Source of the DNA: Amoebidium appalachense
Lineage: Eukaryota; Protista; Ichthyosporea
Direction: 5' to 3'
NCBI GenBank assembly: GCA_963693365.1
Contig: CAVNZM010000004.1
Span: forward strand, 206,448-270,447
Length of the DNA stretch: 64,000 nucleotides
Within the stretch, counting starts at the first letter, position 1, and each line of letters begins with the position of its first letter. This document shows, in pieces, positions 8,968 through 19,916 of this stretch. The position numbers were made by a program, and so were the translations under genes. The notes under the pieces were generated by a model, which saw nothing but the letters and a program-made list of their open reading frames with translations, ran no database searches and was not told where the DNA came from.

Positions 8968-10188
8968 ATGGCACTCCCTCCACCTTCATCTACTCTGACC
9001 TCTACCCTGGGGCCCAAGGCTGCACTGCTCGGCGAGTTCGCCAAGTTCTGGGACCTGGACGGCGACATCGACGAGCTGGCCATCAACGAGGAGCTGAGCG
9101 GGGCCCGTGTGGGTGCGCTTATTTATGACTTCAAAGAAGAGAGAGATACCAGGAAAAGGATCATCCGTTCTCTTCGAAGCATGCCCTGTCTTGTCTATGA
9201 CATCGACTACAAGACCACGGAGGTCACGAGGTATGAAATCTTGCATAGGGAGGAAATTTTATCAAATGGGAATTCGCGACCCGTTGGTCGCAAACTAACA
9301 ATCGATAACAAACATGCATGACATTCTTGTTTATTTGATTTAAACAGGTTTAATCCAACAACCAAGTACCGGGACCCGAAAGTCCCGGTTTTTGATTAGT
9401 CGACGAATGTATTAAAATTTAACTTCAATTAACCAGTTTACCACATTCACAGGTCCTCAAACCGCGGCCCTACCCCCTTGGAGGTTTTCATGAACGTGAG
9501 GTCCTTCAAGCTGTTGGTTATGATGGTGGAGACATCAGTTGGTCAGGCTGTGCGTAACTACTACTTGACTGTGGAGCAAGCCTTCAAGGTACTGCACCGC
9601 CAGAACCGTGCTCAGGTCGAGGCCGCTCTGGCCGAGGCAACCGCGCGTGCCCTTGAGCACGAGACCCACATCATGCAGCTGTCCAACAACCTGGAGAAGA
9701 TGGAGCAGTGGTACACGCAGACGGCAGAGCTTCTGGACTCCGCCAACGAGCGCCTGGCAATGCACGAGTGCGACGATGACCACCCCCAGCGCATCGTGTC
9801 CCTTCCCCCTGGAACAATCCCTGCGGCTCGCTGCATGGAGACCGACTACGGGAGAGAGCTGGCCCGCAAGGTGTTCCATGACGCAGCCATAGTGCTGTGG
9901 CGCAACCACGAGGAGTTCGAGCACCGGTTTGACCCCAGCTACTGGAACACGTTCATCAAGTGGCACATGAATGTGGACGTCGATCAGGGCATGTACCGCT
10001 CGCACATCAACGTGTACACCGCCATGTGTAAGGCCGCAAACGTCCTGCACGGGGTGCCCAAGATTACCCACCTGACCTACACCCAGCTCTATGATGTGCT
10101 GCGCCGCCTGGTGCAGATGGACTGCGACCTGGTGCAGAAGACCGAACTCGAGTTGGTGTTCGGTGACCAGATCTACATCCCTCTTTAG
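8968..10188 (+). CDS. MSV199/AntA-like DNA-binding domain protein; exons 8968-9230 and 9453-10188
   Basis: GTATGA...CACAG intron 9231-9452 (phase 2) joins in frame to give DIDYKTTEVTR-SSNRGPTPLEVFMNVRSFKLLVMMVETSVGQAVRNYYLTVE, then a coiled coil. Confidence 0.75.
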
Positions 10189-10476
10189 AGGGTTCGGGGG
10201 GGGGGTCGTGTTAATTTTTAGCCATTGGCTTGAACCATTTTTGACACCCGTGGGTGTAGAAATTCCGATGATTTGATTGGTCCGTATTGTCTCACTTCTC
10301 AAATAAAGTACCCGTTCAGCTCGTTCAGCAGGTTCAGCAGCATGGCCGCAAACAGCACGAACGTGGCAATCAGTCGCGCGTACTTGAGCTTGTAGTCAAA
10401 CGTCCATTGGTCGGGCAGGAGCTTCATGTTGCTTCAGCCCCCTATTTTATTGCCTGGTTGCCCCGTCCCCACCCCC

Positions 10477-11583
10477 TTACCCCTCCTTCGTCTCCTTGCC
10501 CTGGTTCAACATCTCCGCCAGCCTTCGCTTGCGCGCCTGCATGCGCGTGCGCGTCTCCTGGTCCACGTAGTCGTCGTCGTCCGAGGTCTCGACGTCCTCG
10601 CCGGCCGCCCGGCGTGACTCGCGGTCGGTGACGTAGGCGCCGTAGAGGTCCGTGATGACCCGTGCGTCCTTGTTGATGGGATGCGGGAACCCGGCCACCA
10701 GCTCCGGCAGCCGCGGCGTGCACTTCTGCACGCGCACGCGCACGTACTGCACGCGGAGCATCTCGTAGCGCGCGAGCAGCGTCTCGTGGTCGTCCTTGAG
10801 CTTGTTGAACTGGATCTCCTTCTGCTGCAGCGCGGCCACGCGGGCGTTGAGGTGGCGGATGTGCTCGACGTAGCGCTCGCACTCGGGGTTGCTGCGCTTC
10901 ATCTTCTCCAGTTGGTCCTTGAGCAGCTCGTTCTCGCGCTTGGCCGCGTGCAGCTGGCCCTTGTCCTCCACCGTCTCCTTGAGCGACTTGTAGTTGGCCC
11001 GCAGCTCCACCAGCTCGCGGTTGTTGGTCTCGGCGTTCTGGATGGACTCGCGTGCCTCGCGCAGGTCCAGCATGATCGCACGGGCGGTGGACTCGTCCAC
11101 GCCCTTGCGCTGCAGCGTGCTCTGGTCGCCGATGCCCTGCAGGATGTGCACCAACACGTTGGCAATCTCGCGTGTGAGCGCGCCGTTGCTGCGGTTGGTC
11201 CCGTTCAGCTGCTCGCGGAACCGGGACATGTCAATGGGCAACTTCCACACGACCTCCTTCGAGTCCTTGTTTATATTCCCGTCCTTGTCCAAAGTGGGCA
11301 TGTCCGAAAACGCCAGCTCCACAGCCATTGTAGCAGTGGAGTTGTCACTGGCAAATGATTGCAGGGCAGTTTCGATGGCCGGCGGGAGTTTGTTGTAGAT
11401 GTCGCCTATCACTTTCTGGTGGCTCGAGATGACGGCGTTGTTTTGGTTCAACAGCTTGGCGATCATATCGGTTACACTCTTGATGTCCTGTGTTTGCACG
11501 ATGCCACTCGGCCCTCCACCCCCAAACTTCAATTTCGTGAGGATCTCTATAGCCCTGTTAAGATCATCCTGGCTCATGCTCAT
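10477..11583 (-). CDS. Coiled-coil hypothetical protein
   Basis: About 368-aa ORF with heptad-rich centre and strong GC3 codon bias. Confidence 0.75.
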   Translation of the reverse strand: MSMSQDDLNRAIEILTKLKFGGGGPSGIVQTQDIKSVTDMIAKLLNQNNAVISSHQKVIGDIYNKLPPAIETALQSFASDNSTATMAVELAFSDMPTLDKDGNINKDSKEVVWKLPIDMSRFREQLNGTNRSNGALTREIANVLVHILQGIGDQSTLQRKGVDESTARAIMLDLREARESIQNAETNNRELVELRANYKSLKETVEDKGQLHAAKRENELLKDQLEKMKRSNPECERYVEHIRHLNARVAALQQKEIQFNKLKDDHETLLARYEMLRVQYVRVRVQKCTPRLPELVAGFPHPINKDARVITDLYGAYVTDRESRRAAGEDVETSDDDDYVDQETRTRMQARKRRLAEMLNQGKETKEG

Positions 11584-11646
11584 TTGCTCTTGTCCCACAT
11601 AATGCAGCTTTGGCCACACCCCACCGCATTATTCCCTTGGTCAACA

Positions 11647-11877
11647 ATGTCCGTGCTCGCCAACGTGATGATGTTTGTCTTCTGGGCGCTCGCCGTCGGC
11701 TCCATGGCCGGGTTCATGAGCCTGTACAGCGCCATGACGAAGGAGAAGTGCGTCGAGGCCGCCGTGAAGAACAGGTACGAGGCCTCGAACACTGCCGTGA
11801 TGGTGGCCCTGGTGGTCACCGTGTTTGCGTACCTCATCTACGGCGTGTACGCGTCGGCCTCCTCCGCGCAGGTATAA
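11647..11877 (+). CDS. Small two-TM membrane protein
   Basis: MSVLANVMMFVFWALAVG...VMVALVVTVFAYLIYGVY. Confidence 0.7.
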   Translation: MSVLANVMMFVFWALAVGSMAGFMSLYSAMTKEKCVEAAVKNRYEASNTAVMVALVVTVFAYLIYGVYASASSAQV

Positions 11878-11914
11878 AGGGAGCTCGTCCGCAATTGTTG
11901 CGCCCAGTCTCAGT

Positions 11915-12307
11915 ATGGGTGCCGTCGCCTCGCAGCCCATCGTGTGCGCGCCGGTGCAGACCTTCTTCGTCACCACGGACGCCGACTGCTCACCCGTCCT
12001 CGTCACCAACCGCCTCATGGGCACGCTGACCGTGGACTCGACCCGCGTGACCGTGTGGGCGTCCACGCGCCCGCTCTACTTTCTGCCCACCACGGGCCTC
12101 AAGGCCATGCCCCCGGACCAGTACCTGCCGGCGGCCGTGCAGCACGGCTGCGACGCACTGCTGGCGAACCGGCTGGTGCTGGGGGGCGACCCCGAGTCGC
12201 TGGGGCTCGTGCGCCTGGCCGACATGACGCCGCGCGAGTTCAAGCAGTACCGGCCGATCTTCGTGTCCGGCACCGTCACCACGTCCGTCACCGTGCCGCA
12301 GCTCTAG
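11915..12307 (+). CDS. Hypothetical protein, possible N-myristoylation
   Basis: Starts MGAVAS (MGxxxS); GGTATAAAGG about 40 nt upstream. Confidence 0.6.
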   Translation: MGAVASQPIVCAPVQTFFVTTDADCSPVLVTNRLMGTLTVDSTRVTVWASTRPLYFLPTTGLKAMPPDQYLPAAVQHGCDALLANRLVLGGDPESLGLVRLADMTPREFKQYRPIFVSGTVTTSVTVPQL

Positions 12308-12965
12308 GCGTCATAGTCTCGCACCACGCCAGGTCCTTGAGGAACAGCCCCATGTTGAAGTACTGCACCAGGCTGTTGAGGCCCGCCAGGAACGGCCGCC
12401 GAAACATCGGGTTGCCGGCCATCCCCGGCACCGGGTGGTTCCAGCGCGACTTGAGCGCCACCTCGAACACCTCGTCCGCGAGGAACCACTGCATGTTGCG
12501 CTTCTCCAGGAAGTCGTACTTGACGCGCAGCGTGCCGTCGCGCACCTCCGTCGACCCCGGCAGAGCCAGCTGGCCTGCCGACAGCGCCTGGCGCGCAGCC
12601 CGGAACCGGTGCGGCAGGTGCGGGTCAAATGGGATCTGCACCATATACGTAATAAAGTAGCGGTTCTGACCGGCCGCTCCCGCAAACCTGAGCACGTACG
12701 CCCGGTCCCGCAGGATGCCCTCGAGCATCGGGCGGGGGATCACAGTGTCCAGTGTCTCCTCGTAGAACTCCATGACCGTGGTCTCCTCCACGGTCAGGCC
12801 CGCCTTGAGCCTCCCGCCAAACACCCCGTACCTCCCGTCACTGTCCTCCTGTCCGAGGAGGAACAGCACGCGGCGGTCGTGCACGGCGTAGGGCAGCACG
12901 CCGGCGCCGATGATGCGACAGTCATCGTCGTGGTAGGGGATGCACATGTCCAGGACTTTCATCAA
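12288..12965 (-). CDS. Nudix hydrolase (NCLDV type, possibly decapping)
   Basis: GAGVLPY...LFLLGQE...FGGRLKAGLTVEETTVMEFYEETL, a slightly degenerate Nudix box. Confidence 0.85.
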   Translation of the reverse strand: MMKVLDMCIPYHDDDCRIIGAGVLPYAVHDRRVLFLLGQEDSDGRYGVFGGRLKAGLTVEETTVMEFYEETLDTVIPRPMLEGILRDRAYVLRFAGAAGQNRYFITYMVQIPFDPHLPHRFRAARQALSAGQLALPGSTEVRDGTLRVKYDFLEKRNMQWFLADEVFEVALKSRWNHPVPGMAGNPMFRRPFLAGLNSLVQYFNMGLFLKDLAWCETMTPRAAAR

Positions 12966-13086
12966 GTGGAGGGGAGATAATCTGGGGTGGGGTCGGTGCC
13001 AAACTCACCAGAAACTTGGGGGCGAGCGTGCCCGGCCGGTCTGGGTGAATATCGGGTGAACCAGGGTGGCTTCAGCGCGAAGGGGT

Positions 13087-13385
13087 CAAAAAACGGTCAA
13101 AGCAGCGCAGGTTTGGCCAATATCAGGTGAAGCTAGCGCGAAGTTGGTGAATATTAAACTAAATTGGCGCGATCCCCGGCCAATATCCAGCGAACCCCAA
13201 AACGAAGTCGCGCGATCCCCGGCCAATATCCAGTGAACCCCAAAACGATGTCGCGCTATCCTCTGCCAATATCCAGCGAACCCCAAAACGAAGTCGCGCG
13301 ATCCCGGCAATTTACAAAAAAATTTTTCGATTCACGGAGCATCCCTTTCAATATTGATCGAATCACGGAGCATCCCTTTCAATAA
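13087..13385. repeat. Non-coding block with ~45-bp tandem units and a 75-bp leader shared with 36071-36144
   Basis: CCAATATCCAG(C/T)GAACCCCAAAACGA x3 and TCACGGAGCATCCCTTTCAATA x2. Confidence 0.8.
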
Positions 13386-13762
13386 TGCTTGAATCTTAAT
13401 AACCCGCTATTCGATCTGATTGGTCGAAAACGGCCAAGATCGATCGAGCCCGGGATTCACACTCTGACCAATCAGAACGCGCAGAAATTCAAAGCCAGTG
13501 CTCCGATGTTTCAGCCAATCAGAGCGCCCCACATTAGATCACGAGACCCAGCCAGCCTGTTTCAACTCATTCGCAAATATCTTTATTTATTTTGAGAGTG
13601 GCCAGGTGCGCTCCAAATAAAAAAAAATGCAATGCAATCCCGTTGGACCAAACTTTTTGCATCCCGGGCCCCGAATTTTACACACCTGGCCAGCCAGATG
13701 ATACAAAACACACCCGAACCCGCCATCCCCACAGCAGCCCTGCCAATTGTTGGGGATGACGG

Positions 13763-14669
13763 CTACCCCAGCACGTGCTTCTCCAGGAAGCGCACGGGGT
13801 ACACCTTGACCGGGCGCAGGTCCCCCTGCACCATCTTCAACGTCTCCTCGGGCTCGCAGCCCTCCTGCTCGCGCCACGTGCGTGCGAGCATCCGGCCGAC
13901 CGTGCTGCTGGACCTGTCGGTGATGCCTCGGTCGACGAGGAACTTGGCCACGGTCACGTACCCGCCGATCGCAGACTCCTCGATGGCCGATGCTAGTTCG
14001 GGTAGGGACAAGGATGTTGGCAAGGGTGTCGTTGAGCAGCATGCGCATGCGTGGGTCCCTATCGAGGCCAAAGTCTTCCAGCAGGCCACGGTACATGGTG
14101 ATATTTTCCACACGCATGCGCCCGTTCTCAATCAGGCGCCTGACCTCCGCCTCCTCCCGGCGCAGACGCAGCCGACGCTCCTCCTCCAGCTCCTCGCGGC
14201 GCCGCTTGCGGTCGGGGGTCTCGTCGGTGCCGTTGCGGAAGAACTCACGCTCCTCGGGGGTGCTGGCGTCGTAGCGCGCCTCAATCTCGGGGATGAGGGA
14301 GACGTCGCCGGAAAGCAGCCGGGCTATGTAGGTGGCACACGTCCTGCGGAACTCGTGGGCGCGCTTGCCGGGAAGCAGGAAGATGATCTCGAGGAGGACA
14401 CGGAAGGGGGCGATTGGGGTGGGCTTTCCAACCCCATTGATCTGGGCGTCCTCAGCCTCGCTGAGGATGTCAACAACACTATGGTCCTTTGATTTCTTAA
14501 TCTGTGACCATGCCTCGTACATCGCCGCCTTTCCAATCACCATTGAAATCACATCTAGGACACTTGCCATGTTCTTGTCTCTGTCAATGCGCATAGTGCA
14601 ACCTTTGAACTGGGGGAACTCCTTCCAAAGAAGCGACATGTCGCCTTTTTTGTTCTGCTCGCCAGCCAT
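13763..14669 (-). CDS. Bro-N-like protein; frameshift near 14005
   Basis: SVLDVI...W..IK...GKPTPIA...LLPGKRAHEFRR...LLSGDVSLI; the C-terminus continues in the 13763-14131 frame (VGRMLARTWR...KMVQGDLRPVKVY). Confidence 0.75.
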
Positions 14670-14747
14670 GCTGTGTCAGAATGACTGGTTTTGCACGGGT
14701 GGTGCTCTTTTATACCTTGTGATCTTGCAGGTGGCTAGGGTAAAACC

Positions 14748-15444
14748 CTACAAACCCCTGCGCCTTGCTCCCAAGGGTTCCTGCCCACCCATCGCAATCG
14801 TCACAATGTCATTTACCGCGCTGTACACACAGAACCCCTCTGCGTGTGGGTTGTAGCGCAGCCACCGGCACCCCAGCGCTTTTGTGATGTAGTTCTGGCG
14901 CACCTCCTCATACACTGGGTCACGGTCGTCATGGTTGTGCTCGTCGCAACTCAACCGCCAGATTCAGAGCCGAAAAATAGAGATCGATACGATATGGCTT
15001 TACGTAGAACTGTGGGGAGCTTTCAAAGTACGCCGTGCACCGCCGGATAACAGAGATGGTTTCGCTTTCAATGTAAGTTTGCATTATCACACCTACCGGC
15101 AATTCAAACTTAGAAGCCCAGTAGGCTTTTTTGTCGGCTGATAGCCTGCAGCCAGGGAGGATGGCAGCAACTATCTGGCGCATGCCATCCCACGAAGCTA
15201 CAGGGGTCAGCTTGCCCTTTCCGTTGATCCGGAGAAGGGAAACTCCGATGCTCGGGTCTTTAGACTTCTTGAGATCAAACCATGCAGACCTTGCTGCATT
15301 GGCAGTGCCGAGTACCAGAGATACTACATCCAGCACACTTGCCGTCTTGGTATCCTCGTCGATGCGAATGGTAGCACCCTTGAACCAGGGGAACTCCTTC
15401 CAGAGCATCGACATGTCGCCTTTTTTGTTCTGCTCGCCAGCCAT
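14748..15444 (-). CDS. Bro-N-like plus DUF559/Vsr-like endonuclease; frameshift near 14950
   Basis: QFYVKPYRIDLYF..LNLAVE|CDEHNH...EEVRQNYI...LRYNP; first 23 aa almost identical to the adjacent gene. Confidence 0.8.
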
Positions 15445-15524
15445 GCTGTGTCCGACTGGCCTCCTCTGCCGGGCGCTGCTCTTTTATACCTTCAGACCAG
15501 GAGAACGGGAGCCCCGACGCCCGG

Positions 15525-15580
15525 CACGGTTGGTGTCGGCCTCCCAGGCTGCCAGCCGCTTGTCGTCCAGCAGCTCGCAG
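15525..15580 (-). pseudogene. Fragment of the gene at 17897-18262
   Basis: ELLDDKRLAA-WEADTNR versus ALLYDKRLAAGWEADTAR, with matching nucleotides. Confidence 0.65.
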
Positions 15581-15646
15581 TAAACTGCATCAACACGGAA
15601 AGTGCGCCGGACGTGCACATGTAGCAATCTTTTTGGGGTCCCGGGT

Positions 15647-17788
15647 ATGGCGAATATTCTGGAGGATCTGGACTTGGTGGAAAACATGGAGGACGAGGAC
15701 ACGGACAGCATGGAGGACGAGGGCACGGACAGCATGGAGGACGAGGACACGGACCCCTTCTCAGATGCGTATTTTGAATTCCTGGAAGCTGCAGGGGTTG
15801 TTGAGCCTGGCACGACGGTCGACGACTGGTTCTGCGCCGACCCGGCAGACATAAGTGCGCTCCGGACAGGTAGAAACTGGTGGCCGAACAAGCGCGCTGT
15901 TCAGGAGGCCGTGGACAACGGCACGGTGCAGCGGGCGATTGAGCGCCTGCAACAGCAGGGCCTGGAAATGCCCGAAGGACGGGGGATGGAAGACCTAATA
16001 ATCGAAACGCTGGTGTTCATGCGCGTGGCCCGCCAGGCACTCTCCGAGTCTGGGATGGTGCGAAAGGTGTCAACCTTGTGGGGCGGGGAGCCTGAGAACC
16101 GCGACCCCTACATACGCGAAAATCTGGAAGATCTGGTGAGCCCCGCCGTGCGCGAAGAGGTAAAGGCGGCCAAGCGCAATGGGGACGAGAATGCCATTCA
16201 AAATATTATGGATGATCCGGAAATCCGCGCCCAGATCACAGACGCGCTGTGGTGCAGGGCTGCTCGCAGGGCCAATCGTCTCAAGCGCCTGGAAACAGCT
16301 CTGTACATGTCCGAGGGGCTCACCAAGAGAGAGTACATATTCAGGTACGCAGATGAGTTGTTTCCCTCGTACGCCGCGGCACGGATACGTGATATACCAA
16401 TGGGTGATAACGAAGCATGGGAAAGGGCCGTCGAAACTGAAATGCTAGACGAAGCTGTGGTGGAGGAAGTCCGGAAGAAACTTATGAAACGCGCCACCAG
16501 TATTGGCGGCAAATATGTCGGAATCTTCCAGTTGGCTCTAAACGAGATGATAGCAAGCCACGGTGGCGTCATTCCAAACATGCAACAACGTCCCCACAAT
16601 GGCGATGTTGAAATGGGTGTAGAACCCGAAGCCCCGGATTCGGATTCGATGCCCCAGGCTCCATCTGGTAGCACTGCACCGGTGTCCGGGTCTGCCATGG
16701 ATCTTTCGCACGCGGAGGGCGATGAAGATGATGCGAACATTTTCGAATGGACCGCACAAGGCCTTGTCAAACTATTCGCTACGTTGACCGCTGACTCTCC
16801 GCACCAGGCGAATCGGCTTTGTTATGAGCACAAGTGGGAGCTTGTTGACAAGTTTGAGTTGTTCGCGCGCGGTGCGCTCGAGATCGCCAGACGACGTCAA
16901 ATGAAAGAAGATTTGGGCAAAATGCTGAAGGCAGATTTGGACGCAGAAGAGGCAGACGCTAAAGACGAAGAGGACGAGGAGGACCGCGCGTTTGTGGTCC
17001 CTGATGACGACCCGGAGGTGCAGCCACCAGACAACAATGCACCCGACACCCTTTCCGACGAGCTCCGCGACCTGAGGGCTGCGGTACAGATTGCACAACC
17101 CGAGACCAGGATCGAAGCCGTGAGGCAGGTTCTTGACTGGCTGGCGAGACAGCCGAACGGGGTGTACCACCCACCGCCGCCACGGATGCTGTTCCACAGG
17201 TTGCCGTCTCCATTGGACCTGTCAGACTGGCTCACCCGGACGATTTCTCCCATGGATGAAGAGGACATGAGGATCCCAGAAGGGGTTTACAACGCGCTGC
17301 AGAAGTGGATCAGGTACACGAAACTTAGACGCCTAGAAGCCCTGCGCGCAAATTTCAGACCGGCCCCGTCGACCGCGGAGTTAGAGGCATACGTAGAGAG
17401 AATGTACAGGGCGATCAACGGCTTGCTCCCGGATCGCTTCCACAACCACACTAATGATTGGACGGGACGGTTTGATGCCTACCCCAGCGAAACAGCAGCC
17501 ATCATACTCCTTTCTGGGGCAGAACCCCGGGGGGATCCATTGGCGGCGGCAGACGGCGACCCCATATTTGCGAGGATGCTCATCATCGCCGCAGGGGTCC
17601 AGGGATTGCACGATGCAGGGGTTTTTCAGTTTACAGGTGTGGAGTCGCCGGTTAGACCGGTGGTTGAAGACTTGCCATTAGGACCGGCTGGCAATACCCG
17701 GTGGACGCGGTCTGGAACAACGCATGCCCTGAGGACCACCAAAAGGCAAAGGAGACAGCTCAGGCATTACAGGCCACCCGGGCAGTAA
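15647..17788 (+). CDS. Large acidic hypothetical protein (713 aa)
   Basis: Long uninterrupted ORF; N-terminal 24-nt tandem repeat (SMEDEDTD); no recognised domain. Confidence 0.8.
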   Translation: MANILEDLDLVENMEDEDTDSMEDEGTDSMEDEDTDPFSDAYFEFLEAAGVVEPGTTVDDWFCADPADISALRTGRNWWPNKRAVQEAVDNGTVQRAIERLQQQGLEMPEGRGMEDLIIETLVFMRVARQALSESGMVRKVSTLWGGEPENRDPYIRENLEDLVSPAVREEVKAAKRNGDENAIQNIMDDPEIRAQITDALWCRAARRANRLKRLETALYMSEGLTKREYIFRYADELFPSYAAARIRDIPMGDNEAWERAVETEMLDEAVVEEVRKKLMKRATSIGGKYVGIFQLALNEMIASHGGVIPNMQQRPHNGDVEMGVEPEAPDSDSMPQAPSGSTAPVSGSAMDLSHAEGDEDDANIFEWTAQGLVKLFATLTADSPHQANRLCYEHKWELVDKFELFARGALEIARRRQMKEDLGKMLKADLDAEEADAKDEEDEEDRAFVVPDDDPEVQPPDNNAPDTLSDELRDLRAAVQIAQPETRIEAVRQVLDWLARQPNGVYHPPPPRMLFHRLPSPLDLSDWLTRTISPMDEEDMRIPEGVYNALQKWIRYTKLRRLEALRANFRPAPSTAELEAYVERMYRAINGLLPDRFHNHTNDWTGRFDAYPSETAAIILLSGAEPRGDPLAAADGDPIFARMLIIAAGVQGLHDAGVFQFTGVESPVRPVVEDLPLGPAGNTRWTRSGTTHALRTTKRQRRQLRHYRPPGQ

Positions 17789-17896
17789 ACACGCAAGGAC
17801 GGCGAGCAACTTGTGAACGAGGTCCGAGAACAAGCGGCGCGCCTCCTCCCCTGAGGGCATCCAAAGGTCAAGAATTGAGGTGGATTGATCCCTGCC

Positions 17897-18262
17897 TCAG
17901 CGGAGGACCTCCCTTCTCAGCGCAGCGGCCAGCCGCGCGAGCCAGGCGGTGCGGTCGTCGCCCAGGCGTGTGGCAAAGTCGGCATAGGACATCTGTGCCG
18001 AGAACCATTGACCCTTCTCCTCGTTCCAGTAGCGCAGGCCGTTGACATTGGAAACTTCCATGCGCGGGCACCGGCCACATTCGCCAAAACGGGCTGTGTC
18101 GGCCTCCCAGCCCGCGGCCAGGCGCTTGTCATAAAGCAGGGCGGCACAGGCGGGTGCGTCGCAGGGCGGGTCACGACCGAACACCGTGCGCACCGCATCT
18201 CGCAGCGCAAGCGCAAGCAGGGTGGTCACGCAGAGGGCCATGAGCAGGAGGACCAGCTGCAT
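17897..18262 (-). CDS. Small membrane-anchored or secreted Cys protein
   Basis: N-terminal hydrophobic segment and CxxC motifs. Confidence 0.65.
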   Translation of the reverse strand: MQLVLLLMALCVTTLLALALRDAVRTVFGRDPPCDAPACAALLYDKRLAAGWEADTARFGECGRCPRMEVSNVNGLRYWNEEKGQWFSAQMSYADFATRLGDDRTAWLARLAAALRREVLR

Positions 18263-18310
18263 TGTTACGTCACGGGCGCATTTTGTGCCGGCTTAATCTT
18301 CCTGTAGTGC

Positions 18311-18898
18311 ATGCACATCACGCACGGCGACCGCTTCGTCAGCCGCAACCTCGCGCTGCTCAGCTGCCCGGTGGAGTGGCCCGAGGACCTGGCCAACACG
18401 AGGCACACGGGCATGGGCCTGCGGTGGCGGCGTGACGGCGACAAGGTCACCGCCATGCTCGGTGAGACACGCATGTACTGGAGGGCGCTGCCCGAGGCCA
18501 ACGTCGTCACGTTCACCGATGACCCGGCTCAGGCGAGCTCTTTTGGGTTCAGCGACTGCCCGCTCCCGCAGCCCAACCACGTTCCCGACACGGGTCTGGC
18601 GGGCGTGCGGGTGCGTCTGCACGACAAAGACCTGCCGGCTCTCCCCCCACCTAGCGCACCGCCCCAGGGCCGCGTGGAGCTCGGCGTGGCCTTCTCCATC
18701 GGCGTGCTCGGCGTGGGGCCCCTGCCCATGCCCTCGTGGTTTGTGTCCTCGGTCGCAGACACGAGCCCCACCATGCAGTATGGGTTCCGCGGCGTCAACC
18801 TTGCGCTGTGCCTGCTGCACGTGTGGCGCGTGCGCGTGTGCGTGGACCTGTTCCCGTTCCCGGGCCTGACGCTTTTTCTGGCGCTGCTCGAGCTCTGA
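18311..18898 (+). CDS. Hypothetical protein
   Basis: 195-aa ATG ORF with GC3 bias. Confidence 0.6.
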   Translation: MHITHGDRFVSRNLALLSCPVEWPEDLANTRHTGMGLRWRRDGDKVTAMLGETRMYWRALPEANVVTFTDDPAQASSFGFSDCPLPQPNHVPDTGLAGVRVRLHDKDLPALPPPSAPPQGRVELGVAFSIGVLGVGPLPMPSWFVSSVADTSPTMQYGFRGVNLALCLLHVWRVRVCVDLFPFPGLTLFLALLEL

Positions 18899-18918
18899 TA
18901 TTTTGTAGCCATCTATCA

Positions 18919-19315
18919 ATGCGTGCGCTGCTCCTGTGTCCCCCCCTGCTTGCACTGGTCCTTGCGGCCCCCGAGTGCCTGGTGTTTGCGAGCTCGGCCA
19001 CTCTCGCGGCAACCACCGCGCACGTGCCGCCCAGCCCCACTGCCGAAACAAAGACATGGTGGGCGACCCTGACGCACGTGGAGACCGTTGCAGCCACCAC
19101 CACAGCCGCCGCTTCGATTCAAACCATCGAAACCACCTCGGCCTCGGAAACGTCCCACCGAAACGGACACCGACGTATTTGAGATCCCCACCTCCATCAC
19201 TGAAGGCGACCCAACCGACGAACCCATGCCCACGATGCCCGTGGACCCGCCCGCACCGCCCGCCGGGGTAAACGCGTCCGACTGGGAGTGCCGCTGCACG
19301 CTCATCAGACGTTAA
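18919..19315 (+). CDS. Secreted Thr/Pro-rich (mucin-like) protein; probable frameshift near 19155
   Basis: Signal peptide MRALLLCPPLLALVLA; the T-rich tract continues in another frame (PTETDTDVFEIPTS...WECRCTLIRR). Confidence 0.5.
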
Positions 19316-19395
19316 TCATTTCTCGGAAAACCAGAGTTGGCCTGTCGATTCTTTGTTTTGTGCAGCCACACCAGTTTTTAATTTGCGCAAGAGGA

Positions 19396-19866
19396 ATGGA
19401 CTTCTCAAATGCGATTGGCTTAATCATTCTAATGCTTACTCTTGGTGTGTTGATATGGGCATACTCCAAGTACGAACCCAAACCCGACCCTGGCAAAAAC
19501 GACAGTACCCCTGCAGTCAAACGGACACAGTGGTATGCCTTCGACCAAAAGGGGGACCACAGCACGGACAACACGTTTAACGACTGGCAAGACCCGGTGA
19601 ACTATGGATACACGTCGGCCAGCCAGTGCATTAACCGATGCCAATCTATGAGCGGATGCCAACAGGTGGGCTTTTCCCCATGGCAGGATATGGACGGGAA
19701 GCAGCCAAAAGGCTATTGCTACATGAGAAAAGCCGTCAAGAAATGGCCGTTGGATGCGTGGTCAAACAAGTCCGGTGTGGCTGCCTCGGACTCGCAGGTC
19801 ACGTATGTGATGGCCGCAGAAGTGCCGGAGAGCATGAAGCAATATGGCAAGCTGGTTGAGTTCTAG
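19396..19866 (+). CDS. Membrane-anchored PAN/Apple-like domain protein
   Basis: N-terminal TM then SASQCINRCQSMSGCQQVGFS...GYCYMR. Confidence 0.7.
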   Translation: MDFSNAIGLIILMLTLGVLIWAYSKYEPKPDPGKNDSTPAVKRTQWYAFDQKGDHSTDNTFNDWQDPVNYGYTSASQCINRCQSMSGCQQVGFSPWQDMDGKQPKGYCYMRKAVKKWPLDAWSNKSGVAASDSQVTYVMAAEVPESMKQYGKLVEF

Positions 19867-19916
19867 CATGAATCAGACGAACAAATTGGTCTTCTTTTTT
19901 ATTGTGCCCCAATGTA

